A DNA stretch of 64,000 bases from Octopus bimaculoides (Eukaryota): NCBI RefSeq assembly GCF_001194135.2, contig NC_068990.1:26114564-26178563 (forward strand). The letters run 5' to 3'. Shown piece by piece: positions 12,945 through 26,313 of the stretch (positions are counted from its first letter, which is position 1; each line of letters starts with the position of its first letter). A program made the translations under genes and the position numbers. The notes below the pieces were generated by a model. It ran no database searches. It was not told where the DNA came from and saw only the letters and a program-made list of their open reading frames with translations.

Positions 12945-13938
12945 CACACACACACATACACACACAAACAGACACACATACACACACACACATGCACACA
13001 AATGCACACACATACATGCATACACACACATACACATACATACACACATGCACACATACACACACATACATATGCACACACACATACACATATACACACA
13101 CATATACACACATACACATACACACATGCATACACACACATACACACATGCATACACACATAATACACACACACGCATAATATACACACACACACATAAT
13201 ACACACACACACACACATAATACACACACGCACATAATACACACACACACGCATAATACACACACACACACATAATACACACACACATAATACACACACA
13301 CACACATAATACACACACACACATAATACACACACACACATAATACACACACACACACATAATACACACACGCACACATAATACACACATACACATAATA
13401 CACACACACACATAATACACACATAATACACACACACACATGATACACACACACACATAATACACACACACACATAATACACACACACATAATACACACA
13501 CACACACATAATACACACACACACATAATACACACACACACACATAATACACACACACACACAATACACACACACACATAATACACACACACATACATAA
13601 TACACACACACATAATACACACACACATAATACACAGACACACATAATACACACACACACATAATACACACACACACACATAATACACACACACATACAT
13701 AATACACACACACATAATACACACACACACATAATATACAGACACACATAATACACACACACACATAATACACACACACACATAATACACACACACACAT
13801 AATACACACACACACATAATACACACACACACATAATACACACACACACACATAATACACACACACACATAATACACACACACACATAATACACACACAC
13901 ACACATAATACACACACACACATAATACACACACACAC
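12945..13938. repeat. (CA)n-based minisatellite with recurring CATAATA interruptions
   Basis: Unit CATAATA(CA)n repeated dozens of times from ~13150; explains the CVCVYY ORFs. Confidence 0.95.
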
Positions 13939-15453
13939 CCATCTTGCCTATTGATTACCATTACTATTGAGGTTTTGCGTAGTCTTTCTCCTTATTGCCT
14001 GCATGTGTATCTGTGCATGTTTGCCTGTGTGTGTGTTTTTATTTATATGTCTCTGTGCCTTTCAGCATTTCTGTGTGTATGCGTGTGTGTATGCATGTAT
14101 ATGCGTGTGCATGTGTGTGTGTGTGTGTGTGTGTGTGTTGTATCTTTGCTGTCCTTACCCCCACCGCACCTCACCTCACCCCACCCTGATCGCAACATTT
14201 AACATTTATCAATTTATTTGATTCAAATCTAATTAAGAAGTACATTAATTACCAATTAAGTCAGCCCCCCACCCACTTCCCACCAATGAATCGCACGATT
14301 TCTTTTTTATTTATTTATTTATTTATTATTTATATATATATATATTTTTTTTTACAATTTCTTTTTCTCCCATTTTAAAAATAGATAATTTTCTCTTCTG
14401 ATCTTTCTCATTTTGTTCTATNNNNNNNNNNNNNNNNNNNNNNNNNNNNNNNNNNNNNNNNNNNNNNNNNNNNNNNNNNNNNNNNNNNNNNNNNNNNNNN
14501 NNNNNNNNNNNNNNNNNNNNNNNNNNNNNNNNNNNNNNNNNNNNNNNNNNNNNNNNNNNNNNNNNNNNNNNNNNNNNNNNNNNNNNNNNNNNNNNNNNNN
14601 NNNNNNNNNNNNNNNNNNNNNNNNNNNNNNNNNNNNNNNNNNNNNNNNNNNNNNNNNNNNNNNNNNNNNNNNNNNNNNNNNNNNNNNNNNNNNNNNNNNN
14701 NNNNNNNNNNNNNNNNNNNNNNNNNNNNNNNNNNNNNNNNNNNNNNNNNNNNNNNNNNNNNNNNNNNNNNNNNNNNNNNNNNNNNNNNNNNNNNNNNNNN
14801 NNNNNNNNNNNNNNNNNNNNNNNNNNNNNNNNNNNNNNNNNNNNNNNNNNNNNNNNNNNNNNNNNNNNNNNNNNNNNNNNNNNNNNNNNNNNNNNNNNNN
14901 NNNNNNNNNNNNNNNNNNNNNNNNNNNNNNNNNNNNNNNNNNNNNNNNNNNNNNNNNNNNNNNNNNNNNNNNNNNNNNNNNNNNNNNNNNNNNNNNNNNN
15001 NNNNNNNNNNNNNNNNNNNNNNNNNNNNNNNNNNNNNNNNNNNNNNNNNNNNNNNNNNNNNNNNNNNNNNNNNNNNNNNNNNNNNNNNNNNNNNNNNNNN
15101 NNNNNNNNNNNNNNNNNNNNNNNNNNNNNNNNNNNNNNNNNNNNNNNNNNNNNNNNNNNNNNNNNNNNNNNNNNNNNNNNNNNNNNNNCAGCAGCAGCAG
15201 CAGCTCTTTCTTATTTTTAGCACAAGGCCAGCAATTTCGATGGGAGGAGAAGCTGATTACATTGACCCCCAGTGTTTACTTGGTGCTTTATTTCAATGGT
15301 CCCAAGAGGATGGCAAGCAAAGTCGACCTCAGAGGAATTTGAACTCAGAACATGAAAAGGTCAACACATCATTAAGCATTTATCTCCAGCCTCCAGCATG
15401 CTAATGATTCTGTCATTTCATTGCATCATCATCATCATCATTGTTGTTGTTGT

Positions 15454-15822
15454 CATCATTGTTTAACGTCTGCTTTCAATGCTGGCATGGGTTGGACGGT
15501 TCGACCGGGGTCTGGGAAGCCAGGAGGCTGCACCAGGCTCCAGTCTGATCTAGCAATGTTTCTACAGCTGGATGCCCTTCCTAGTGCCAACCACTCCGAG
15601 AGTGTAGTGGGTGCTTTTTACGTGCCACCAGCATGGGAGCCAGTCAGGTGGCACTGGCATCGACCACGTTCGGATGGTGCTTTTTACGTGCCAAATCCAC
15701 TCACAAGGCTTTTGTCAGCCCGAGGCTATAATAGAAGACACTTGCCCAAGGTGCCATGCAGTGGAACTGAACCCAGAACCATGTGATTGGGAAGCAAGTT
15801 TCTTACCACACAGCCACTCCTG

Positions 15823-15826
<4 letters not shown>
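15454..15826 (-). mobile_element. RTE 3' tail (15454-15693) abutting a SINE A head (15694-15826); duplicated at 16137-16570 across a gap
   Basis: Homology to 49980-50306 and 25863-26010; the duplicate is 434 nt and identical. Confidence 0.8.
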
Positions 15827-15878
<52 letters not shown>

Positions 15879-16481
15879 GGTACAGGAGTATATATATATA
15901 TATATTTACACNNNNNNNNNNNNNNNNNNNNNNNNNNNNNNNNNNNNNNNNNNNNNNNNNNNNNNNNNNNNNNNNNNNNNNNNNNNNNNNNNNNNNNNNN
16001 NNNNNNNNNNNNNNNNNNNNNNNNNNNNNNNNNNNNNNNNNNNNNNNNNNNNNNNNNNNNNNNNNNNNNNNNNNNNNNNNNNNNNNNNNNNNNNNNNNNN
16101 NNNNNNNNNNNNNNNNNNNNNNNNNNNNNNNNNNNNAATGCTGGCATGGGTTGGACGGTTCGACCGGGGTCTGGGAAGCCAGGAGGCTGCACCAGGCTCC
16201 AGTCTGATCTAGCAATGTTTCTACAGCTGGATGCCCTTCCTAGTGCCAACCACTCCGAGAGTGTAGTGGGTGCTTTTTACGTGCCACCAGCATGGGAGCC
16301 AGTCAGGTGGCACTGGCATCGACCACGTTCGGATGGTGCTTTTTACGTGCCAAATCCACTCACAAGGCTTTTGTCAGCCCGAGGCTATAATAGAAGACAC
16401 TTGCCCAAGGTGCCATGCAGTGGAACTGAACCCAGAACCATGTGATTGGGAAGCAAGTTTCTTACCACACAGCCACTCCTG

Positions 16482-16537
<56 letters not shown>

Positions 16538-16895
16538 GGTACAGGAGTATATATATATATATATTTACACACACACACAAACACACACACAAACCAAACA
16601 CACACTTATATGTGTGTGTTTGTGTTGAGTTTGTCAACGCCCCTTTGACAACCATTGTTGGTTTGTTTATGTCCCTATAACTTAGCAGTTCGACACAGAA
16701 TAAGAAGCAGGCTTTTAAAATAAAGAGCTGGGGTTGATTTGTTTGGCTAAAATCCTTCAAGGTGGTGCCCCAGTATGGCCACAGTCAAAGACAAAAAGTA
16801 CACATTTAATCCTGTTTAGAATGATATAATAAGAAGTTTGCTGACTCCTGAATTAGATCCTGGATACTCCTTGTTTATATCAATTGTAGTCATTG

Positions 16896-16944
<49 letters not shown>

Positions 16945-17926
16945 CTCTCTCATTAAGTCTTGTCCTCTCCCTCATCTTCTGAATCCCTGTTTTTAAAACC
17001 AAGCATAAACATTCCATTGAAAACTGGTGTTTTGGAGAGAAAAACAACAAAAAATATCTGCAGCAAGTTGAGTGAAAGTGGGAGGAGAGAGAGGAGAGAA
17101 AGAGAGAGAATGAAGAATGATGTAATAGGAAAGAGAGAGAGAGAGGAACGATAGGCAGTATGAGAGAGAGAGAGAGAGAGAGAGAGAAAAACGATAGGCA
17201 GTATGAGAGAGAGAGAGAGAGAGGAGGGAGAACAATGGGGAAAGAAAGGGAGAACAAGGGAGAAAGAGCGAGAGAGAGAGTAGGAAAAAGAATGTAGTAG
17301 AAGAGAGAGAAATGATAGAGTGAATGAGAGAGGGGGAGAAAGAAAGAGAGAGAAAGAGGTATCATTTTGGGAAAAGTAAAAGTGGGAGTGTCTGGTGAAA
17401 GGGAGAGGGAGAGAGAGAGAGAGAAAAGGGAGAGAATAAGAGAAAAGGGAAAGTAAGAAAAATGAGATAGAGTAAGAATTAATGTGAGTGAGTAAGGAGA
17501 GAGAGAGAGAGAGAAAACGAGGTGTTAAAACATCTAAAGACTATAAACATCTTGTGAGAAAGAGAGAGGGAGGAGGAGGGAAGAACTAGAGGCGTAGTAA
17601 GAGTGAAAGGAGATGAAAGAGAGAGAGAGAGAGGTGGATATATAGGGATGTGTCTCCTTTTCTTTTTCATTGCATATACACAAACCTACTGAATACCTGT
17701 CGCGCGTGTGTGTGTGTGTGTGTCTCGATGTCTCTCTCAGTCAATCCTTATGTCTCTCTGTCTGTCTCTCTCTGTCTCCATGTGTGCGCGCGTGTCTTTT
17801 TGTGCTTCTCTCTTGGTTCATTCATAACACAACCCATTTCGTCGCCGACTCTGTTTAAAGTGAAAACACTTGTTTTCAAGTGGGTTTGTTGAGAAATATC
17901 TATAGCATGTAGCCATTGATAGGTTT

Positions 17927-17988
<62 letters not shown>

Positions 17989-18154
17989 GAGAGAGAAAGG
18001 GAAAGAAAGAGAGAGAGGTGAGAGAGAAGTGCAAGTTGATAGTAAACAAGAGAAATACAGTATGTACGCATACATACACATTACTCTATGTATCTATTTA
18101 TTTATCTACACATCTCTCTTTATCTCTTTCTCTCTATCTCTCTAGCTACACACA

Positions 18155-18196
<42 letters not shown>

Positions 18197-18753
18197 CTAT
18201 CTATCTATCTATCTATCTATCTACCTATATCTGTCTATCTATCTATGTCTATCTATCTATCTATCTATTATATACTATACATACACACATCTATAAAAAT
18301 ATAGAGACAAAGAGAAGCAGATGATGATGACGATGATAACAATGAAAATAACGATGATGATGATGATGATGATGATGATAATGAAACAACAACAACAACA
18401 ACAAAAAGAAAGAAGAAGAAAAGCTAATTTTCTATTGTCTTTTTATTGAATTTATTTATTTTCAACTTTTGTTTATCAAAAGGTGTGTTCTTTTCGTTTT
18501 CTTTGTTTTTGTTTTTTTGGTCTCTGGTTTCTTTTCAAGTCATTGTTGTTGCTGTTGTTGTACAATTCTTTTTATTGTCATCAATCTATGTCCTCCATGA
18601 AATACTACAAGTCTTACTTCTTTTTCTTCTTCTTCTTCTTCTTCTTCTTCTTCCCATTCTTCACAATTTGGCTTTTCAATGTTTGTTTGTTTTTCCACTT
18701 TGCTTTCTTTCTTTCTTTCATTTATTTATTTATTTATCTATTTATTGGTATGT

Positions 18754-18792
<39 letters not shown>

Positions 18793-19909
18793 ATATGTTT
18801 CCCTTCCTCTCTCTCTCTTTCCCCTGTTCATTGACTGGGTTTCGTTTGTTCTCCTTGGTACCAAGGCCTTCATAGTCATCATCATCATCATCATCATCCA
18901 CAATAACATTAAGATTCTCATCATCATCATCACCACTACCATGGACAGCATTATAGTTAGTATATCACTTCACCACCACCACCACCACCACCACCATTAT
19001 CATCATCATCATCATCATCATCATCATTATTATTGTTGTTGTTGTTGTTAATATAGTTTATGGTTTCTTTTGTCCCTTTTTTTTGGAGGTGGGGGGAAAC
19101 TTTTCTTGGCTAGTCCCCCTCCCCCACATCCAGTTAATACAGCTGTTCTATCAGTTTTTTTCTTCATTTCTTTCATCCCCTTTTCCTTCTCCTTCTTAGA
19201 TTCCTTCCATCTCCTNNNNNNNNNNNNNNNNNNNNNNNNNNNNNNNNNNNNNNNNNNNNNNNNNNNNNNNNNNNNNNNNNNNNNNNNNNNNNNNNNNNNN
19301 NNNNNNNNNNNNNNNNNNNNNNNNNNNNNNNNNNNNNNNNNNNNNNNNNNNNNNNNNNNNNNNNNNNNNNNNNNNNNNNNNNNNNNNNNNNNNNNNNNNN
19401 NNNNNNNNNNNNNNNNNNNNNNNNNNNNNNNNNNNNNNNNNNNNNNNNNNNNNNNNNNNNNNNNNNNNNNCCCCCCCCCCCCACCTTTCCTAATTTTCTT
19501 CTTCTCTCTCTTCATCTCAGCCATCATATTTTTCATTATTCTTTCTTTCATCTTCATTATTTTACATTATTCCCCTATCAACACTTCTCTCCTCTTCACC
19601 TCATCTCATTATCACCAACTTTAGTCTTCCTCTCTCTCTCTCTCTCTTTCTTCCTTATTTCCCCCTCTTCATCTTTACATAATGTGAAAACATGTAGCTT
19701 AGTAGATTGGGTAGTCGGCTCATGGTCACAAGGTCATGGGTTCGATACCCAGTAGCACGTCATGTCCTTGAGCAAGACACTTTATTTCACGTTGCTCCAG
19801 TTCACTCAACTGGCAAAAATGAGTTGTACCTGTAATTCAAAAGGGGCCAGCCTTGTCACATTGTGTGCCATGTTGAATCTTCTCGAGAACTACATGAAGG
19901 GTACACATG

Positions 19910-20361
19910 CGCAGGAGTTGCTGCGTGGTAAGTAGCTTGCTTACCAACCACATGGTTCTGGGTTCAGTCCCACTGTGTGGCACCTCGGGCAAGTGTTTTC
20001 TACTATAGCCTCGGACCGACAAAAGCCTTGTGAGTGGATTTGGTAGGTGGAAACTGAAAGAAGCCCATCGTAAATGTGTATATATATGTGTGTGTATATG
20101 TTTGTGCGTCTGTGTTTGTTCTCCCCAACATTACTTGACAACTGATGCTGGTGTGTTTACGTCCCGTAACTTAGCAGTTCGGCAAAAAGAGACCGATAGA
20201 ATAAGTACTAGGCTTACAAAGAATAAGTCCTGGGGTCGATNNNNNNNNNNCGATAGAATAAGTACTAGGCTTACAAAGAATAAGTCCTGGGGTCGATTTG
20301 CTTGACTAAAAGGTGGTGCTCCAGCATGGCCGCAGTTAAGTGATTGAAACAAGTAAAGAGT
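19910..20361 (+). mobile_element. Near full-length SINE family A nested in SINE D
   Basis: gcgcaggagttgctgcgtggtaagtagc head, ggttcagtccc B box, aagtaaagagt tail; atg on both flanks (19907-09, 20362-64). Confidence 0.85.
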
Positions 20362-20451
20362 ATGTCTGTGGAGCACTCAGCCGCATGCACATTAATTTTA
20401 TGAGTGGGCTGTTCCATTAATTGAATCAACTGGAACCCTCATTGTCATAAT

Positions 20452-20854
20452 CAGAGTTGTGGAGTGAAAACAAAAACTTTGGCTCTGACTCCTCTACTAT
20501 TAGTGCCTCCGACTCTGACTCCTCTACTATTAGTGCCTCTGACTCTGACTCCTCTACTATTAGTGCCTCCGACTCTGACTCCTCTACTATTAGTGCCTCC
20601 GACTCTGACTCCTCTACTATTAGCGCCTCCGACTCTGACTCCTCTTTATGTAATTAAGTGATTGTGGTCTACACATCTCATAAAATAAAGCATAAGCATA
20701 CGCTTGTACTGTGAGTAGGCCTATATGTTATAACTGTTTTATATTAAAGAATAAAGACATTGTGAGTCAGTGTTGGAGTCGGTATAGTTTCATCGACTCT
20801 GACTCCAGATCCAGCAACCCCTTAATTGTTTCCAACTGTGACTCCACAGCCCTG
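20452..20854. mobile_element. hAT-type MITE with 14-bp TIRs and 8-bp TSD
   Basis: Left end CAGAGTTGTGGAGT, right end reverse complement CAGGGCTGTGGAGT (12/14); flanks gtcataat (20444-51) and gtcataac (20855-62). Confidence 0.8.
20481..20645. repeat. 30-bp minisatellite x5.5 (gactctgactcctctactattagtgcctcc) inside the hAT MITE
   Basis: Units start at 20481, 20511, 20541, 20571, 20601 and 20631 (partial). Confidence 0.95.
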
Positions 20855-20886
20855 GTCATAACTAACAGAGTGCCAGTTATGTGAAT

Positions 20887-21215
20887 GTGTGAAGCTTAGT
20901 GATGAGGGTGCTGCACTCGTGACTCTAAGTCTGTGGTTTCAATTCCTGGACTGGGCGGTGACAATGCATTATGTTCTTGAGCACAACACTTCATTTCATA
21001 TCGCTCCATCTCCATCATCATCATCATCAGCATCATTTAACATCCATCCTCCATACTGGCATGAACTGGACAAGTCCACTCAGCTGCTGTGATGGAGTTA
21101 ATGCTGTGATGGACTAGCATCCCATCCAGGGGATGAAGAGTGTTGTAATCTCATTCACTTATATGCCATGGAAACTGGGTTAAGCTTTGGCATTATGATC
21201 CCTAAGGGGTCATGA
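20887..21215 (+). mobile_element. SINE D-variant with a nested minus-strand RTE-like tail (~21012-21076)
   Basis: Core gttcttgagcacaacacttcatttc...ctcca|gtccactcagctg is split by catcatcatc...atttaacatccatcctccatactggcatg. Confidence 0.65.
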
Positions 21216-21239
21216 CAGACCCAAGATTATTTATATTTC

Positions 21240-22800
21240 CTACCTCCCTCCCTCCCTCCCTCCCTTCCTCTTCTCCTCTAATTTCTTTCNNNNNNNNNNN
21301 NNNNNNNNNNNNNNNNNNNNNNNNNNNNNNNNNNNNNNNNNNNNNNNNNNNNNNNNNNNNNNNNNNNNNNNNNNNNNNNNNNNNNNNNNNNNNNNNNNNN
21401 NNNNNNNNNNNNNNNNNNNNNNNNNNNNNNTCTATATTCCTTCTTGCTCTTTCTCCTCCTCCCTTACTTCTACTTATATACTTCCTCTCCATCTCCACAC
21501 CCACCCTTAGTCTTTCTCTCCCTCTCTTTCTCCCTCACCCCCTCTCTCTACATTTATTTTCTCATTTCCCTCTCCCTCCCTCCCTCCTCCAACCCTCCCC
21601 TTCTTATTCCCTCCCCCCATTCTCCATTCATTCCCACAATCTAAGTTCCCCCCTGCTTCTCCTCTTTCATTTTACACACTCACCCATCCACTCCGTCACC
21701 CCTCACCATATCCCCTAATCCTTTTTTTACTAGTATTTTCATCTCTATGCAAAGTGTCTATTTACATATCTTTTCCTCTAACCCCCCCACTTCCCATGCC
21801 TACCTCTTCTCATACTTCAAATACCAGCTCCGTACTCTATTCTCTACTCCGCACTCAACTCCCCACCACCACCACCACGTCGTCTTTATACCCCTTTGCT
21901 TTTTTACTTTCTCCTCCTCCTACAACTCCTTTTCACCCCTATTTTTCATTGACTACTATTTACTTTCACTTTCTATTCTCTCCAGTTTCACTTTCGTTAC
22001 AGCCACCACTCCTGTTCCCGTCCCCACCCACTGGTTTCACTTTCACTTTCAATATCACCACCACCACCACTGCCACCCACATTTTCCTACTTCTTACCTT
22101 CTCATATTCCTTTTCTTTCCTTTCTACTTTCTCATCCCCCCCATCATAACTATTTCCTCTCACCCTCTTTATTTCTTTTCCTCCCTCTCTCTCATCATCT
22201 CTCACTCTACCTCTTCCTTTTATCCCTCTTCCATCACTTTCTCGTCTTCATCTTTTCAGTCTCTCACTTCTTTATCTCTTCTCCTCCCTCTTTCTCTCAT
22301 TCCTTACCTCCTCTCTCTACTCTTTCATTCTTTTCTATATCTCACCCTCCTCTATCTTTCCTCTCATTCTCTTCCTATTTCTCTCCCTCTCCTTCTCTGT
22401 CTCTCGCTGCCTCACATTCTCCTTTAACTCTCTCCTCATCTCCCTTTCTTGCTCTCCTCTCTCTCTTGCTCTCCCCTCTCTCTTGCTCTCCCCTCTCTCT
22501 TGCTCTCCTCTCCTCTCTCTCTTGCTCTCCTCTCTTTCACTTGCTCTCGTCTCTCTCTTGCTCTCCTCTCTCTCTCTTGCTCTCCTCTCTCTCTCTTGCT
22601 CTCCTCTCTCTCTCTTGCTCTCCTCTCTTTCACTTGCTCTCCTCTCTCTCTTGCTCTCCTCTCTCTCTTGCTCTCCTCTCTCCCATTACCACCTTTATCT
22701 CTCCTCTGTCCTCTCTCTCCCTCCCTCTTTCTCCATATCTCTCTCTCCCTCTCCCCCACTCTCTCCCTCTCCCTCTCCCCCTCTCTCTCCCTCTCCCCTT
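21240..22800. repeat. Polypyrimidine (CT-rich) low-complexity tract including (CTCTCTCTTGCTCTC)n at ~22440-22680
   Basis: Directly visible. Confidence 0.9.
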
Positions 22801-23207
22801 TCCGATATTACTCGTCTGTCTGTAACGCACTGTATATAGAAGGGAATAACAAAAACATATATAAAAGACGGCAACAACATCAACAACAACAACACCGACA
22901 GCAGTATTGAATCAATCTGCTAATGTTACACATAACAGACAGTTGTATTGTGAAAGGGTAAAGAAGAAGAAGAAGAAGAAGAGAATGACAACAAGAACAA
23001 CAACAACAACAACAACGATGGCGGCACACACAAAAATATAAAATAAAGCAAAATGAAATAATAAAATAGAATTTTAAGAAAATAAAAAAAAAACAAACAT
23101 AAAAAACAACTACAACAAAAAAAAACAGCCTAAAAACCAAACAAAACAAATGTTCTTCGAATATTGGAGTATCGGAATATTGGAGGAGTATTAGGAGTTA
23201 TGTTAGT

Positions 23208-23240
<33 letters not shown>

Positions 23241-23734
23241 GGTAGTAGTGGTAGTAGTAGCCTTTGTTGTTGTGGCTGATCTCGGTTTGGTAATGTGCAA
23301 TTCAATACAGCGTTGGTAGGTATTGACTTTCCATATCTGTCTGTTCGTCTGTCAATCTGCCTGTCCGCCCGTCCGTCCGTCTGTCGGTCGGTCGGTCTGT
23401 CTATCTCTGTTTCTTTCTTTCTCTCTGTCTGTCTATCTTCAGGTTTAAATCAGTCAAGGGTACCGGTAATATATTATGTCAATTCGCTAGGCTATCAACG
23501 GTTGGTATTACTTCCACCAGCACCAGCACCACCACCACCATTGCTGCCACCACCGTCACTATACCCTAACATCACCCCCACCTCCTCCACTGCTGCTTTC
23601 TCACTCATTCCCCACCACCACCACCACCACCACTACACCCCCCTCTTTCATTCATCCATGTAAAAATTGGCCAGGTGCCTCGTTCAAAGGAAATCAATAT
23701 ACAATCACATACCGCCTATATAGCTCTACATGCA

Positions 23735-24410
23735 TAGATATATATATATATACACATATAGATATACACATATATACTTATACATACATACATGCACACA
23801 CATATATACGCATACAAATATATACATAAATATACATATATATATATACATACATATATTCATTCATATACACATACATATATACATAAACAGACACATA
23901 CATACATTTATATACATACACGTATTTATATACATACACACACATATACATACATACACATATATATACGCATATACGTATACCATAATATAATATATAT
24001 TATATAATGCATACATACATTTACACATGTGTGTATATATGTGTGTGTGTCTGTGTACGAGTGTGTATATATATATACACACACATACAAATATATACAT
24101 AAATATACATATATACACATATATGCATTCATATATACATACATATACACATACTTACATACTCATACATATATATATATATACATGCACATACATATAC
24201 GCATACATATACACATACATATATACATACACAGACACATACATACACATACATATATATATATATACATACATACACATATACATTCACATACATACAC
24301 ATACATATATGCATATATGTATACCATAATATATATTATATACATGCACACACACATTCACACACGTGTACATATATGTGTGTTTGTGTGTGTGTGTGTG
24401 TGTATGCATG
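23735..24410. repeat. Compound (TA)/(CA)/(TACA) microsatellite
   Basis: Directly visible. Confidence 0.95.
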
Positions 24411-25214
24411 TGTACATCATCATCATCATCTACAAAGCAGTCTCCTCTCCTTGCTGTTCTGCCTGGTTGCCATCTCAGACTGTGTCTTCTCCTTGCCTAA
24501 AATGCAGCTATCGAATGTTAAAATACCTCATCTCTCTCTCTCTCTCTTTCTCTATATCTACCTGACTTCATACAAATTGATTTACCTTAATTGCTCACCT
24601 GCCTTTTCTATTGATCTAGCATGCCAGTCAAACAGCAAACCAGCTTCACTTAGTCAGTCAGTCAGTCTGTCAGCTTACCTATCAATTAATCTAACTGATT
24701 ACCTTCCTAACTCTAATTATCGACTCCACCTACGTGCCTCAGTCCACCATGGCACCTCTTTGTGTTTGCTGGATTTACTAACAATAGCTAATAAAAATAC
24801 CACCTCATTTTGCACCTTACTGATATGAAAAAGGAATAAAGTACATTCATAGATGTAGTTCAATATCTACATACTTTAGTGAAGAAAACCACTTGTTAAT
24901 TAGTCTGAAGTATGTAACTTACACAAAGAAACAGCAATAATTAATGTCTACATTGTCTAGAAAATTCTTAAAAATTCTAATCTTAATATATTTTTCTCAA
25001 AATGTAGTTTTCAAGTTTCTTTTATTATTTAAATTTGCCATGAGAAAGCACCTTAACACTGTGAGATAGTGTCCCCTCTCTGCCATTTCTCTCTTTTTCA
25101 TATATTTCCACAGACATATCAATAGAAATATTTCTCTGAATTATAAAAAAGAACCCAGCATCAACCAAATTCTGTTGCTTCACATATCCTTTCTGTGTTT
25201 ATCTCTTGTCTTAT

Positions 25215-25406
25215 ATCTTTTACTTGTTTCAGTCATTAGACTGTGGCCATGCTGGAGCAGTACTGCCTTGAAGAAATTTTTAGTCAAATGAATCAACTCT
25301 GGTGCTTATCGATTTCTTCTAAGGCCTGGTGCTTATTCTATTGGTCACTTTTGCTGAACTGCTAAGGACATAAATGCACCAACACCTGTTGTCAAGTGGT
25401 GGTGGA

Positions 25407-25443
<37 letters not shown>

Positions 25444-25567
25444 TGGTTTTTTTTCAGTTTCTGTCTACCAAATCCACTCAGAAGGCTTTAGTGCTACACA
25501 GTGGGATAGAACCCAGAACCACGTGGTTGGGAAGCAAACCTCTTACCACACAGCCATGCCTGTGCCT
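25215..25567 (-). mobile_element. SINE family A copy (minus)
   Basis: Tail cttttacttgtttcagtcattagactgtggccatgctgg and head gaacccagaaccacgtggttgggaagcaaacctcttaccacacagcc. Confidence 0.8.
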
Positions 25568-25862
25568 AAATGTTGGGAGTTTTGAAGAAAAGTAGTTTTA
25601 ATTTATTTATGCCAGTTGTACCAAATATAAACAACAACAACAACAACAACAGCAACAGCGATAGGCCTTGCAAGAACTTCTATTTGTTTGATTGACCTGN
25701 NNNNNNNNNCTTGACATAAAAACAATAACGCCTTCATTATTTTGTGTCGTTACTGCTTTTTAATTAGAAATATTTAAAGAAATTTAATGGAAGTGCAGGG
25801 TGTTCATAAATTAACTGTATACTTTGAAAAATTTGGAAAAAAATGAAATATCAAGATAAGGA

Positions 25863-26313
25863 TAGGCGCAGGAGTGGCTGTGTGGTAAGTAGCTTGCTTA
25901 TCAACCACATGGTTCCGGGTTCAGTCCCACTGCATGGCACCTTGGGCAAGTGTCTTCTACTATAGCCTCGGGCCGACCAAAGCCTTGTGAGTGGATTGGT
26001 AGACGGAAACTGAAAGAAGCCCGTCGTATATATGTAGATGTGTGTATATATATGTGTGTCTGTGTTTGTCCTCGCAACATTGCTTGACAACCGATGCTGG
26101 TGTGTTTATGTCCCCGTAACTTAGCGGTTCGGCAAAAGAGACCAATAGAATAAGTACTAGGCTTCCAAAGAATAAGTCCTGGAGTCAATTTGCTCGACTA
26201 TAAAGGCAGTGCTCCAGCATGNNNNNNNNNNAGTCCTGGAGTCAATTTGCTCGACTATAAAGGCAGTGCTCCAGCATGGCCGCAGTCAAATGACTGAAAC
26301 AAGTAAAAGAGTA
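25863..26313 (+). mobile_element. Full-length tRNA-headed SINE family A
   Basis: Pol III A box TGGCTGTGTGG (25875-85), B box GGTTCAGTCCC (25918-28), internal TA/CA linker, (AGTAAAAG) tail. Confidence 0.9.

Larger units (their letters stand above)
19695..20880 (+). mobile_element. SINE family D host interrupted by a SINE A and a hAT MITE
   Basis: Host reads contiguously as ...gggtacacatg|tctgtggagcactcagcc...gtcataa|ctaacagagtgcca once the two inserts are removed; compare the uninterrupted copy at 58722-59036. Confidence 0.8.

Noticed and set aside
15478-16570. 434-bp direct duplication (15478-15911 = 16137-16570)
   Set aside because: Identical including microsatellite lengths and separated only by an N-gap; most likely an unmerged contig overlap
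20481-20645. CRISPR-like appearance of the 30-bp and 77-bp (46334) repeats
   Set aside because: Contiguous tandem units with no unique spacers, no cas genes, eukaryotic context
20457-20661. ORFs with (DSDSSTISAS)n / (LTPLLLVPPT)n repeats
   Set aside because: Translation of the 30-bp minisatellite inside a MITE
25863-25940. tRNA gene call for SINE heads
   Set aside because: A and B boxes are present but no complete cloverleaf was seen; the heads run into SINE bodies in many copies
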